Shown here piece by piece: positions 13,849 through 27,108 of a stretch of DNA of 64,000 bases. The stretch lies in contig JAYWIR010000040.1 in NCBI GenBank assembly GCA_036172245.1, positions 868,001 to 932,000 on the forward strand. Reading direction: 5' to 3'. Within the stretch, counting starts at the first letter, position 1. Each line of letters opens with the position of its first letter. The notes under the pieces are model-generated. The model saw only the letters and a program-made list of their open reading frames with translations. It did not search any database and was not told the origin of the DNA. This stretch comes from Raillietiella orientalis (taxonomy: Eukaryota). A program made the position numbers and the translations under genes.

Positions 13849-16800
13849 TCAGGGGAACGCGGCTGCTGCGGCGGCCGCGGCAGCTGCGTGCGCCTGCTGG
13901 AGCGTGACGTCTTCCACTAGGCTTTCCAGATCTCTGCGGAGGGAGGCCGCCCCCGTCAGCAAGGAGGAGGACGGGAAGCGGGGATGCCGCAAGAGGGACG
14001 GGTTGGGAATGTTGCGGACCGTCGGGTTGGGTTTCCTCGGGATGAACGGCTTAGCCGGTGACGTCAGCTTCCGGCAGAAGGGCTGGTTCGCCTGCGGAAG
14101 AGCCAGGTCCCTGTGCCTGGCGACCCTCCAGCTCTCCCAAGGCTTCTCCCACAGGGAAGGGAAGTGATTGCAGGGGGGCTTGGGGATCTTCAGGGTCATG
14201 GCCGCCGCGATCTTGCCCAGGGCAGGCTTGGCGGCCTGGATGGGGACGGCGATTGCGGGCTCGCGATCACCCACGGCCACTTTCGTGATGGAGATCTTGC
14301 CCAGCGCCTTGGAAGGCAGCAACAATTTCTTAGACGGCGGCGGGGGTTGCTGCTGCTGCTGCGGCTGCGGGGGCGGGGGCTGATGCCGCTTGGAAGGGGG
14401 CAGCAGTGTCTTCGAGGCGAGCTGCTGCGGGCGGCTCTGGTTGGTGAGCTGCCTGCTGGCCAGCGTGTCCGCGATCGACAGGATCGTCTGGGTGCTCTGC
14501 CCTTTCCCCGAGCGGGAGGGGAGTCTGCCGGGGGGCAGTCTGTCTGCGAGGCCGGTGCCCTGCCTCGACAGATCCAGCGCCTCGCTTTGCTCCGAGACTT
14601 TCGGGGGACTGGGAGCACACGATACTTCCGGACAGGGAGAGGGCATAGTGGCGGGAATGTCCCCTTCGGCGGGGGACGTCATTTCGGGAAGCGCCAGGAT
14701 CTCCGCTTCCGATTGCTTCCCCCCTCCTTCCTCCTCTACTGCCTCTTCCTCTGGAAGCCGAGGAGCAGCGGTGTCGGAGACGATGTCTGGAGAATATTGC
14801 CCACAGGAGGGAGCAGCAGCATCGTCGTCGTCGTCTTGCACAGGGGCAGCCGGGATCGTCTCGGGGATATCGCCGCCTCCGCTGCTCTCTCCAGCGGGTT
14901 CCTCAGGTGTAGGCGGTAGCGGAGGCGGCCCGGTGGGAGGCTGCTCGCGAGGGTGATCTCCTTCCTGGTCCAGAGGGGGAAGCAGCTGCCCATCGTCCTT
15001 CACCAGGTGCTTCCTCTTCCGGTCCCTCTTCTGGGAGCGTCGCGACTTCCTCTTGCTGGGTCTCGCGGTCGCCGACTTGCGCTGCTTGGGAGCCTGGAGC
15101 TCCGGCGGCTGCGGCGGATTCGGGTGAGGCTTCCTCTTCCTGACGATGCATTTCAGCTTGCGGCCGATGGTGTAGCACAGTTCCACGACATCGGTCTGCT
15201 GCCACCGAGCCGAAGCGGGAAGCGGCGACCTGTGGGCAGACAGCCGCCGGTTCAGCGCGACGGCGTCCCACAGGGTCACGGAGTCCTCCAGCTCGCCCTG
15301 CTCCGAAGACACGCAGATCTGAAGGAACCGCCGCCATTTTTTCCGATCGATGCCCGCGGGGAGGGATGTGAGGGGAGGAGACCTTTACCTCGTACGGCTG
15401 CTGCCAAATGCCGTACTTCTTCAGGAGGAACTGCTTCAGGTGAGCCACGGCCATGTCCAGAGGGCAGTTCAGGTTGATCGTCAGGGCGGACTGGGAAACA
15501 GAGACGCCGCTTGCTGCTATGCTTTGGTGCTTTTTTTCTCGCGCGCCGAGCGGACACCCTGATGCTCCGGATTGGACGGTGGACGATGCCCACGAAACGG
15601 GAACCGCGGTTCGCGTGCGCCCACGAGCTCTTGAGCGCGTGCTTTCGGCTTCGCAGAAGACGGTTCATCGGACGGCTGCCGTCGTCGGAGGCGACGGGGC
15701 GGAAAGGCAGGTCCCCAGCCAGCCGCAGCCGAGCGGCGGCAGGATGCCGTTCGCGGAAGACCGCCGCCACCCGGAAAACCAGGCCACGCGGATGGCTGGT
15801 CGAAAGGGGAAAGAGGGCAGGGGACCGGAAGGGGCCCTCGCAAGGCTTCCGCGTGAGGAGTAAGCGGACGTATCCCCGAGCTGGGGATGCTGGGGAAGAA
15901 GCAACTGCGAGTCCGTCCATGGCCGAGGTTTTCCGCGGGATTCGTCTTTCCACCCCTGGAGGCGGGAGTCGCACAGAACGCCGCGACGCGGACAGGGACC
16001 ACGGTTTCGCTGACCCGCGAGCGAAGCGCGCCTCGCATTGTGTTCCTCCCATTGCTGAAGCGCCCGCCCGTTCGCACGATCACTGTTGGCGCTTTATCTG
16101 TGCCCACTGTTGGCGCGCACGCGTTTCTTTCCTCTTCCATTTCGTCTCGGTCGTCCGGGACCGCTCTCTTTGCTGCTGGCTGCCACTGGATCACGAGCCG
16201 AACAACGCTGCTGACGTATGCGAGGAACGCAGCTTCGTGAAGGCTGCGTTCCTCGCCCTGGACCATTCTAGCTCGCAGAGAAGGCTCGGAGGGGGTCGAT
16301 GCCGAGGAAACCTACCGCGCAGCGGGAACTCACCTTTTTGTCCTTGCAGGCCTCTTCACCACGGCTTTTGGAACTGCTGCGAAGGAAGATGAAACAGAAA
16401 GAGAGAGAGAGCAGCAGGTCCAGTTGTGATCTCCAAATGTTCCGATGGTACCCACCTGGAGCCGTAGCGGAGGGTGACCGCGACGCGCTCGCCACGGGTG
16501 TACGCGATCGCCTTCTCCTCGTTGATCTCTCCTATGGCTTCCGGTTCCATTAGGGATGTGTCTGGAGGAGGAAAAGAGTGCCGTTGAATCATCTCGCCAG
16601 CATGCGTGTGCAGAGGGGAGGAGGAAGAACTATGAGGACTGGCACTGTGGAGCGGAATAACAGCCCCGGGGACCCCTGCCCCCTGCCCTTCCCAGAAACA
16701 ACGAGCGAGACAGAAGCTTTCCATGTTGCATGGCAACCACTCAGCCTCTCTCTGATTTCCAATTCCGGAAAGACAACACGCCTCTCCGCCGTCCCTTCCC

Positions 16801-19800
16801 TGAAGGTGCCACCGGATCGCCCCAGCCCCTCATCCGGAAGCAGGAGCAGCTGAAGAAGGGAAGGAAGTGCTTTCTTTGGAGGGAGGTCTAAGGATCCAGC
16901 GGACGGGCAGCTGGATGCTGCGCAATCCTGACGGACCATGCGCTTTGCATCCTCGTGGGAGAGGCGAACGAAGGAAGAGATCGGATGTCGCTGGGACGTT
17001 GTAGCAGTGGAAGTGCGACATCATCCAGACTCCCCGGGAGGCTGAGGCGGCAAGCAGGCTACGAGGAATTCCGCCTCGAAACAAGATGAATGAGGAGGGG
17101 GGGATGGAAGAGCGGAACGAATAGGTCTGACGGGAGGAGAAAGACCTCGGGGGCGCGCCGATAGCGACGTGACTCGCCCGCGGACAGCGAACAGAGCAAA
17201 CGAGTTCCAGGAGGAGGGCTGCTGCTGCTGCTGCCGACTCCCCTTCCCTGCTTTGTACTCGTGGAGTCCTCTCTCAGGACGTCACCTTTCTCCTGTCCCC
17301 CGAGCTCTCCCTCCTTCCAACTACCTTGTGTTCGGCCCGGAGGTTTCGGCGCGGGATCGTTTCCCGAAAGAGGAGGCAGCTCCCGGTCCTATGTTCTCGC
17401 ATCCCTGGGATCTCCAGGTCTGGAGATCCGAGAGAAGGAAGCGAGGGGAAGGGAAGAAAAGGACGAAGGGTGGTGATGGAAGAAGAGGAGGAGGAAGAGA
17501 AAAGGAAGAAGGGGAGGAGGAGGAAGGTTTGCTCAGAAGCAGCCCTTCCGCTTCGCCGCCCACCCCTCGCGGCCGTTCGCCCGCCCGCCATGAGACGCCG
17601 TCCGCATCCTGGACACTTGACCGATTTCACGGGTCACGCGCCTGCCCGCAGCGAGCAGCGGTGGCGACGTTTCCCCCTCGCTTCCTCCCTCCCCCAGCCT
17701 GCCAACGGGAGCAAGCGAGCCGCCAAGGGGCTCTCCCGCTCCCGGAGCGGGGGGAGTAGAGGTCAGCGAGCATTCATGGAGGAGGTGAGCGAAACGGGGC
17801 GGGAAGAGATGGGGGGAGCGGCGGTCCGTTAGCACGCCTTCGGGGTCGGCAGAGGTGGCAACAGCGAGGCAGGTGACTCCCCCGCCCGCAGGCACCAAAG
17901 GAAGAAAAAACTTCCACCCCCTCCGTTCATCCCGGTGGAAAGTGAAAGAGGGAGATCCCGATTGGATCCCAGGAGCACGTCGGACGACTATCCCCATCTT
18001 TCTTGGAGGCACTCCTTCCAGTCTCCCGCAGAAAAGAGGCAGGCGATCCTCTCCCTTCGGGGACCGACCCTGTCCCGCGCTCCCCTTCTGGCAGTCCCGC
18101 TCCCTCAGCAGCAGGGGAAAGGTTTCCCCGGGTCCCTATCCCCTGGAAGAGATCCTCCTGGGTAGGGGGACGAGCTGAGACTCCTCGGCGACAGCGCTGC
18201 GCGCCCTACGGGAGGGCGCGGCTCGCTCGCATTGAGGAGGACGCCAAGTGCGCGCGCCCCCGCCACTGCTCCCGCCTCCCCGAGACGGGGCAAGATTGCC
18301 GCCCCGCCCTGGGGACGGACGTGGGGGAGTTCAGCAAGCGGCGAGAGCGAGGAGGAGATCTTGGAGTCCCCTGCCCAGGGCTACCGGGCTCGGATCCGCC
18401 CCAGAGGCTGTGCGGGAGGAGGTGCCGTCCCTGCAGGTTGTCACTCCCTCTCAGTCCCTCCGGCTTGCCGACCCGGCGGAGGCGGCGGTCCCGTTCGGGT
18501 GGCGATCCTCCCCTCTTCTCCCCTCTCCTCCCGCCCGCGGTTCGTCCCCCTCCTCCCCTTCCCCTACTCACCGATCTCCGGGTGCTCCTCGTAGAACTTC
18601 TTCCGCTTCTGCATCTCGTTGGCGTAGAGGTTGGGCACCAGCTTGTAGATGAGGGACTGCAGGACGCTGTCAACTCTGGGGGAAGAAGGGCCGCTGGAGA
18701 GCCGCGGGGCCACGCGGGGCGTGCTACCTGATGTTCACCAGGGGCTTCGACTTGTGGACCTGGACGTCACAGATCGGGCACAGCTTGTTGACTTCCAGGT
18801 ACTTGAGGAGGCAGGACCGGCAGACTGGAAAAGGCGGGGGGAGGGCCGCCATCTCGGATTCGAGGGCCCCCGAGACCCCCCCCTGCTCACATGTGTGCAG
18901 GCACTCGACCACGGCCACGGCGTCGATGAGGTACCCGCCGCACAGCACGCAGATGAGGTGCGAGTTGACGGCCGCCAGGGGCACCCGGGTCGCCGGCGTC
19001 CGGGAGGGCCGCAGAGGGGCCGCCTCGCTGAAGGGGGGGGAGAGGGGAGAAGAGACAATGGTGAGTAGAGGGACGACGCCCGCCTGCGCTCTTTTCGCCC
19101 GTGCAATCCCGGGAGAGAAGGAGAGACGGGAGGGCGGTTCCCGGCGCCTGCCTTCGGCGGCAACCAGCAGGCCACGCCCTCAGGGAGGGATGGGGAAGGG
19201 AGAGAAAAGAGAGCCTCGGGAGCCGCCACCTCCCATCAGTCCGCTCTCCCGGGATATCACGGGAGCGAAGCGCACGGGTGCGGCGGCGTCACCCCGTTGC
19301 TTCCTGTCGCGGAAGGAGGTCTCGCTGGCCGACCCTGGAGGGGGAAGAGGAGGAAAAGGGCCCGGCTTCCTTGCCGCTTTCTCCCCACGCTTCCCCTTTT
19401 CCCGAGAACTTGGCGTGAGCGCCGGTGCTGGGGAGTAAGGGTGCAAAGCGAGCGGCGTTCCCCGGGGCGTTAGTTCGGGGGGAAGGGAAAGGAAGCCGCC
19501 ACGTTACTGGTTCCGGAAAGGGCCGTCACCCCTACAGGGGTCCATTCAGGCCCATGAGATGGGGAGGCGAGCTGGGAGAGGCAGCCGGAGACTGCAGTGA
19601 GAGGACGAGACAGATGGCTCTGCCGCTGCGGTCCCAGGCGCGTACCTCATGAGAGCTCCTCGGGGAGCGGGAGAAAGGGAGGAAGAGAAAAGGGAGGAGG
19701 GGGAGGCACAACGGAAGGAGGAGGCGGAGGAGGGGGGGGGGGCGCGAACCGCAGCGGCGCGTGCGAAAGCGTGCGTGGCCTCGGGGTGTGGAGTCCACGC

Positions 19801-20968
19801 AGCGGAACAAATGAAGGCGCTGACGAGATGGTCCACCGCGATCTCCGGGCGAGGGAGGAGGAGGGAAGCTGCTGCTGGCACTGCCTCTTCGCGCGCCATC
19901 CTGCCGCAAACCCCCCTTCCCCCCCTCGCTCTGCGTGGACACCGCGCGCTGCGGCCGGCCGGCGGATGGCGCCGAATATCGCAGGCGACCGAAAGGGCAA
20001 AGGAAGGGTCGGAGGTGGGTTTGGCGGCGGGGCAGCTCGCTCCAAGAAGCGCGGGGGGCGGGGGGGGAGGGATGGTCATCGCCCCGGTGCGTGATGGGGT
20101 GCGACTCGCTCCTCCTGCCGCCCTTCCTCCCGGTCCGTTCCCCTCCCTCCGGTAGTCCCGTCGCCGCTGGAGCGGGCGGGTTCCCCGAGCAGCGATTTTC
20201 AGGGGTAGGGCAAAAGTTTTCTTCCCTCCCTCCCTTCCCCGCCCCTGATGGGGAGGCGGGGTTGGGGAGCGGCGGCAGTCCGGGCGCACCCCCCGACGGG
20301 CGAACGTCTCTGTCGCGCGAGAGCAATGGAGGGCTCTGCCCGGCAGCACCGCAAGCAGCGCGCAGGCGCGGTCGACAACGCTCCGACCTGCGGCCTCTGT
20401 GCGTTGCTCCTTCGCGCGCGTTTCCATTTTTTTTTTTTTTTTTTTTTCTTTTCTTTTTTTTTCTTTGCTTTTTGTGTTTTTTTTTTTTAAGGTCCGCTCT
20501 CCCCGAGGAGCCCTCTCGCGGCTCGAGCGGGGCTCCCCTCCTCTCTGGACCTCAGCAGGTGATCTCCGGCTGTTCTCATTCGAGACGGTTTCCGAAGAAA
20601 CCCTCCCCTCTCTTGAAAAAGCGAGGCCGAAGGGAGCGCGGACGAGCGGGCCGATGCTCTGCCGCGACACGCCCACGCGCGCGCGCGCGCGCGGGCGGGC
20701 GGGCAGCGGACGGGCGGGCAGCGGACGGGCGGGCGGTCGAGTCGTTTCCGGGGCGCCGCCCGTGCGCACAATAAGCGCGGCGGACGCAGTAGATTTCCCC
20801 TTCCTCTCTCCTCCTCTCCCCCCCCCCCTTCCTCGCTCCCCCGCTCCCCACTTCCTCCGCGCACGCGCACGCGCACGCGCGCGGAAGCACTCACCATCCT
20901 TCCCGCGCCGCCGCCGCCGCCGCCGCCATCGACTCTGCGGCGGCCGCCGCCGCCGTCGCCGTCGTCAT
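13849..20968 (-). CDS. Psc/BMI1: Polycomb group RING finger protein (PCGF, BMI1/MEL-18/Posterior sex combs type), 8 coding exons, 710 aa
   Basis: Exons (minus strand): 20968-20895, 19027-18891, 18824-18728, 18675-18572, 16561-16456, 16376-16334, 15490-15389, 15318-13849. All introns are GT-AG and phase-compatible; total 2133 nt = 710 aa + TGA. The spliced protein contains [90 protein letters not shown] (complete C3HC4 RING plus the PCGF-typical IYKLVP helix). It continues into a RAWUL-like segment (ERVAVTLRY...[22 protein letters not shown]...LEDSVTLWD) and a ~440-aa low-complexity tail. Exon 1 ([24 protein letters not shown], donor GTGAGT) is the least certain. Confidence 0.93.
19646..19650 (-). 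other. Candidate alternative first coding micro-exon (ATG AG|gtacgc) of the PCGF gene
   Basis: Minus strand reads ctctcATGAG|GTACGC. It is phase 2 like exon 1, so it splices in frame to the acceptor at 19027 ([10 protein letters not shown]...). A long pyrimidine tract lies upstream. Confidence 0.35.
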
Positions 20969-21300
20969 CTCCGCCGCCGCCGCCGCGGGCGCTGCTGCTC
21001 GCCGTCCTCGTCCGTGCGTGTGGTGGCGGCGGACCGGGCGCGCGCGCGATCCTCACCGCAGCAGCAGCCTCCTCGCACTGGCGCGCCTGGGACGGATCCC
21101 GCGAGACTCCGGCTCTCGAGATTACGTCAAAAGGTTCCGGTGCGGAGAAGGGGCATGCGGAGTGGCGAAGGAGGAGGCTGCAGCGAGAGGCACGCAAGAC
21201 GTATCGATTGCGCGTTCCGTCGCGGCACGCGCCGCCGCTGCGTCCGTCCGCCAGGCGCTGCTGCCACCGCCGTCGCCCTCGCCCCCTCCCCCTGGACTTT
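20969..21300 (-). promoter_or_regulatory. Probable 5' UTR/promoter region of the PCGF gene
   Basis: CpG-dense region with (GCC)n runs immediately upstream of exon 1, a CRE-like TTACGTCA (~21122) and a DRE-like TATCGAT (~21202). The position is inferred; there are no TSS data. Confidence 0.4.
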
Positions 21301-24300
21301 CCTTTCGCGCGCACGCGCGCGGTTTCGCCTTTTCTCCCCCCCTCTCTCTCTCTTTCTCTTTTCTTCCTCCTTTTTTCCTCTTCTCTGTGTGCGTGTGTTT
21401 TTTTCTTCTTCTTCTCCTACTTTTTCCTTTCCTCCTCCTCCTCCCTCCCTCCCCCGCCTCCCCTCCTTTTTCGGAGTGGGACTCGGGGGGGCATGGCTGC
21501 CCACGGTGGCGGCCACCCTCGCCAGGCTTCCGACGCCGCGCGTACCTCTACGCTTCCATCTTTTTTTTTTTTTTTTTTTTTATTTTCTCTCCTGCCCGTC
21601 TCTCGCGCTCTCATCGAGCGCTCGGCGGCGCGTTCTATTTTTAGCACCTGTTCCAGCGCGTCGCTAGGCGTCGTTCGATTCCGTCGCTGCCCTGACCCGT
21701 TCCGGAACCGCAACGGGACAAAGGTGAACGGGATGAATGGGGAAGCACCGGAAAGAGGGGGAGAGGACCGCGTTCCTCCCCTTCCACCCCACCCATCCCA
21801 TCTCCCTCATCCCCCCTTTTCTGGTTCCGGAAACGCTTTCGAGCGGGAGCGCAAGAGGAGGGGTGAACTCTTCGCCACCGAATTTCGGTTCCCCCCTCCT
21901 CATCCGTCCCCACTCGCTCCCCTTTTATCCCTCCCTCTTTTTTGTGCCTTTTTTTTTTATTTTCAATTTTTTGGGGAAGCCGCGGCGGCGGCGGTCACTC
22001 CTCAGGGACGCGGGGTGACGACATCCTCCTTGGACAAGCTGGAAGTTCCCCCCTTCCCCCCTATCCTGCCGAGGAGGACAGCACTTGGAGGACCTTCCGC
22101 TTCTTCCCGTTTCCGGGGCGGAGACGGGAGCGAGGAGGGAGTTCCGCCGTTGGTCTCCCTTCCGGCTCTGTCCGCTCCGCTCCCTGGAGCGGGTTGCTCC
22201 CCGGCCGTCCACAAGGGTCCGTGTCAGGGGGGCAGGAGTCGAGATCGTCCCCGGAGAAGCTCGCCTCGCCCCCTTGGCGCAACAGGTCCCACTATCCCGT
22301 CGCTCCCTCCCCTCCCCACCACCAGGAGTGTCGTACGTGCGACGGTTCGCTGCCGGGCACCCTGGGGATTAGCAGAAGGGGGGAAGGAGGGCAAAGGCGA
22401 GAATGGCGCCTCCGACCCTAGGAATCTGGAAAGGGCGAGTCCTGCCGCCCCCTCCCCGCACCTCTCCTTCGCTCCTAGCCGTCGATCGTGGCGGGGTCCT
22501 CTGGGGCAGCGGCAACCATCCCGCGGCAGCTCCTCCTTAATGGGCTGCCCTCTTCAGGGAGAGGTCTTCGCGAAAATGGCGCGCTCCCGGGATACGGGGG
22601 GAGGCTCCCAAACCCCCTTTTCCTCCCCCTTACGTGAAAGGGGGCGGGCGGATCCCTGAGTCTGTCCTCGGGGTCTTCTTGCCCTCTCCTCCTCCTGAGG
22701 AGGCCTGCCCACCCGCTCTCTTTTCCTTCCCTGAAGGAAGCGATCGGGAAGCGCATCCCCCGCTTTTCCTTGCCCTCTGGGGTCTCCAGGAGGCCTGCGG
22801 AGAAGCCGGGACAGACGTCACGCCCTCTGGGCGGGAGGGCGGCCTTCTCACAGGGAAGGGAGGGAGGAGGACACACCCTCCCTCGGGACGCCTCCTTCCT
22901 CCAGTACCTCGCGCCTCTTCCTGAGTGATCCCCCCGGCGGCGGCTTCCGTCCGGAGAACAGCACGCCCTCCTCCGGAGGTCCTTCTCTGTCCAGTGGCGC
23001 CAGGATGGCGATCGTCCGGCTCCCATGAGAGCGGAGGGCCGTAGATGATGGGTCAAGATCGCCGGCACCCTTCCCCTGCCCGGCGCCAACGCGGGAGGAA
23101 AAATGGCGTCCCTGGAGAGAGAGAGCTGCCCCTCCGACCGCCGGTCCCACCCCGACGGGTCTCCTCCCCTTCCTTCCTTCCCGGGAGGGGAGGGGACAGG
23201 TGCCCCCGCCTCAAGCCCTTCCTTGGTTTAGGGAGTCTCCACAGAAACATGTGCTTCTCGAGCGCGGGGCAGGAGGGCGGGCGGACGCACCAGATTGGCT
23301 CTTTCCTCGCACCCGTTCTCGTGGGGAACCGACGAACCCCCTGGAGAGGGGGTTCCTCGTGCTGCGCGCACGTGCAGGTCGAGTGCTCCGGAGGTCGGGA
23401 GACAGTAGTGCCCGGAGGGTACATGTTGGGTCAAGTGGGAGCGACCGCGGCTTCCCGGAGGTGGAAGCTGCCCTTGAGGTCATGCAGGCGGCTTCGCGCG
23501 CCGGCGGGCGGACCTTCGCGGTGACCCTGGCATCGCCACCGGGGGATGGGGGGATTCGGCGCAGAGGAAAATGAAGGAGGGCAGCGTATCTGGCGGGATG
23601 AGGCGAGAGTAGGGCGGTGGGGCAAGGAAGGGGGCGCAGGGCACGGGCGGCGCACATGCAGTCTCCTTCCGGAACCTCAGCCTCGAGACAAGGGAGACAT
23701 CGCCCCTGCGGCGAAACTGACCAAGGCGGTGAAGGGAGGAAGCCGCGAGAACAGGGCGGTTACTCGCGGGCGTGGCGGAGGACGTTCTGGACGGAGGGCG
23801 TCACCCGTGCAAGGCGGGGCTGGCAGGGCTCGCTGGGTGGGACGTGGTGCAGGGGATGGCGCTCGTGTCCAGCCGCGCGAGGTCGTCCACAGGAATGCGA
23901 AGTGGCGCGGATGGAGGGCTGAGGGCAGAAGCGGTTCATTCCGCGGGTGGGCACGGGTGGCGCTCACGCCGTTCCTGCGAGCCGGTGCCGGTGGGGGAGG
24001 GCGCGCGTGGGATGAAGCGAGGAAGGAGAGGGGGAACAGAGGAGAATGTTTCACACGCTCGCCTATGCAGCAGGGCTCCCAATGGAGGTCCCCAGGGCCA
24101 GGAATTTGCCCCGCGCACCCGCCTTCTGGGCGCACGGGAGCCACAGAGACACCTCGGACGCCGGCCGGCCAGCCTCGGCAGGGCTCGTCCGTCCGCGTAT
24201 GCCCGCCGCGCCGCGCGCTGATTGGTCCGCTCCCCAAGTGTTCCGGCGGGCGCGGGACCGAAAAACAGGTTTTCACGGGGACGCCCGGAGCCGAGGAAGG

Positions 24301-26987
24301 GCTGGAGGCGGGTAGCAGCGGCCAGCCCGAGGCGTCCTCAGAAGAGGGTGCCTCTCCTGGGGAGGAGTGGACGGCGCTTCCGGGAGGAGAGAGCAGCCGG
24401 AGGAGGGGGGGCTGCCATCCTCCCGGGAAGAAAAAGGAGAAGAAGAGTGCAGCGGGTCAGAGAGGCGGCCCCCTGGCGGGGATTGAGCGCCCCATCGGCC
24501 CGAAGTGGTGCGTCCCCGGATCGCCTCCTGCGGCGCTGCAGTCGCACTCGGAGCAGACCTCGGTGCCGCAAGAGGAGCTCAGAGCCGCCTCCACCCACGC
24601 ATCCGTGATGCGATCCTACGACCGACGACCCTCCCGGCCCGCCGGGATAAGAAGCCGCGCCTGCTGTCCCCTATCGCGGGTTTCCCTCTGGAATCCCCGG
24701 GAGCCAATGAAAAGCCTTCGTCTGTCCGAAGGGAACCACGAGGGCTGCGGCGTCCGACGCGCGAGCTTTCGCTCCACCTGCAGGACCGGAGGCCCCTGCC
24801 GCGCACCGCGCGCGTCGCACAAGAGAGTGCCCGGTGCGATTCGGAAGGAAAGAGGGGGCTGGAGGAGGGGGTGTTGATGGGGGTGACCCCGGAAAGAGCG
24901 GCGGCGGCAACAATACGAAAAGCCCCCGCGCGGCTGCTAAGCAGCGCCGCTGGCACTGGCGAGGAGCGCGCTGCGGGCACCCCCGCTCGTCTCCCCCCCC
25001 CCCCCCGAATTTCGTCACGCGCGCTCTCTCCGCGGATGCAGCCCGACGAGCCGGGAGGGGAGGGTTGACGGCTGCCGTTTGCCACTCGGAGTGCCGGGGG
25101 GCAACGATCCTCCCGCCCGCGGAACACACGGGCCGCGCAGAGGGGACATCCGGCGAGCATGTGTGCCCGGAACCCCACGGTTGGAGATCCGCCGAGAGGG
25201 AGGTGGGAGGGGAAGTTTCTCCCCACTCCATCTGGGACCGCTGTCGCCGGTGTGCCCGAGAGCCTCGTCAGGAACGCGGCTCCACCCTGGCCTCGCTTCC
25301 CCCCCCCCCCCCTAGGAAGGCGTGCGGAAGCTCTCTGGATCTGAGCGGTGCCGCGGGAGGAGCTCGGAATCTTCGATCCCGAAGCTGCCCAACCCATGGG
25401 ACTGCGAACTCTCCCGATAAACTCCTGGATATGGAGCGGGAGAAAGCTTCCCGGAAGATGAGTAGGAGGTCGAGGACTGGGGATCCGAAACCGGACGGGA
25501 AGCGATTCGTCTCAGCTATCCTCCCCTCCCCCCTTCTCCTCCCTTCCGGTGTCCCACGCCTCTTGGGAGCGGCAACCGCTTCGATCCTGCAGGCCCGGGT
25601 GCTGGAGGACGGGCTCGATGAGTCGCGCTGCCCATCCGCTGCTGCGTGAGCCGTCTCCGGGGCTCGTGGGCAGTCCGTGCCGGAGGAAGGGGCGGAGGGT
25701 CATCCCAGAAAGGTTGGGGGAGGTGTGGCGCCTACGGCGCGCACCCTGCACATGACCTGGGCTCCGTCGGCGCTCGGGATTCGCTGCGGGGAATCCGCAT
25801 GCCCTTCCGTCCCTTCGTCTTCCCCAGGAGGCTCGCGTGAGCGAGCGAGCGCCCGCGTTGGCGTGGCGGCGGCAGCGCGGGGGAACTCCAGTTTTTTTCT
25901 TCCTCGGGACGCCCGCGGGTCACCCTCACGGGATCGGCTTGCCTCCGGGCTCGCTGCTCCCGATCCTCCGACCGCAGTTGCTTCGGGGCCCGTAGCCTCT
26001 TCCCCCTCAGATCGATTGCGCGGCGCGCCACCGCGGTGGCACCCACTCGGGGCGTTTCCTTCGCTCCTCCCGCAACGGGGGCGCGCGGCCGAGCCGACGT
26101 CCTGCAGGCCGCCCTGGGTAATCAACGAGTCCTTGGCTCCCTGCTCGGCACCTCTGCAGGCGGAACAGGTGGCGGGCTGGATCGCGGGATCGCTGGCGCG
26201 GGGCCGTGCCCAGGAACCGCACGTCACGGGAAAAGAAATAGTAGTAATAGCAATAACCAAAGGTGCTTCGGCGTGCCTCTCTGCTTTGCTTCGGGGACGC
26301 TCGCACGTGCTTCGCTGAGGGCGGGACGTCATCGGGTCCATCGCGATCGCGACAAGCGCCTTTTTCAAGAAGGGGGGGGGGGGGCGATCTTCCCCCTCTC
26401 CCCCCCTTTCCCGACACGTCGCCGAGCGTCTCGATCCGACCGGGCGACACGGTGAGGCGGAGGGAGAGAGGGGGTTTCCTCCCCGTTCCCGTTTTCCAGG
26501 GGAAGCCGAACCGAGAGAGCGGAGGACTCCTTCCCGTAGGAGGAAGCCCTCCAGCTCGTTGATGAGCATCCTAGTGCGCGCGCACCTGGAGTTCGTTAAG
26601 CGCGCGCCCTGGGAGGCAAATTGGCGTATCACGGGAAACGCATCCGATCGCACGCTTTGGCGCGACTGGGGCGCCAGCGGGGCCCGATCGAGGCGAGTCG
26701 GCCCGCGCGGCGAGGCGCGCGCGATCGATTCGAACGGCGCGTCCGGCGCATGCGCGAAGGGTCGGCTAACCGAATGAGCACGGCTTGCAGCGAGGAGCCT
26801 TCTAAAATGCAATGACGTTTGCACAGTGTGCAACGGGGACGCCGCCACGTGGTAACCAATGATGCTCCTTCCCGAAGTATGGAATCGCTCCCGCTTTTGC
26901 AGGAATAAATGGAATAACACTCTCAGCTTTTCCCTCAAACGAAGGACAAACGAATGCCGCGCACGGCTATGAAGGGGGAGGCGTGTA

Positions 26988-27024
26988 CGTGCGTGCGTGC
27001 GTGCGTGCGCGCGTGCGTGCGTGC

Positions 27025-27057
<33 letters not shown>

Positions 27058-27076
27058 CGAGCGCGCGCGCTCCCGG

Positions 27077-27108
<32 letters not shown>
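26988..27108. repeat. Compound microsatellite (GCGT)n-(GT)n-(GA)n
   Basis: Directly visible tandem repeats. Confidence 0.9.
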
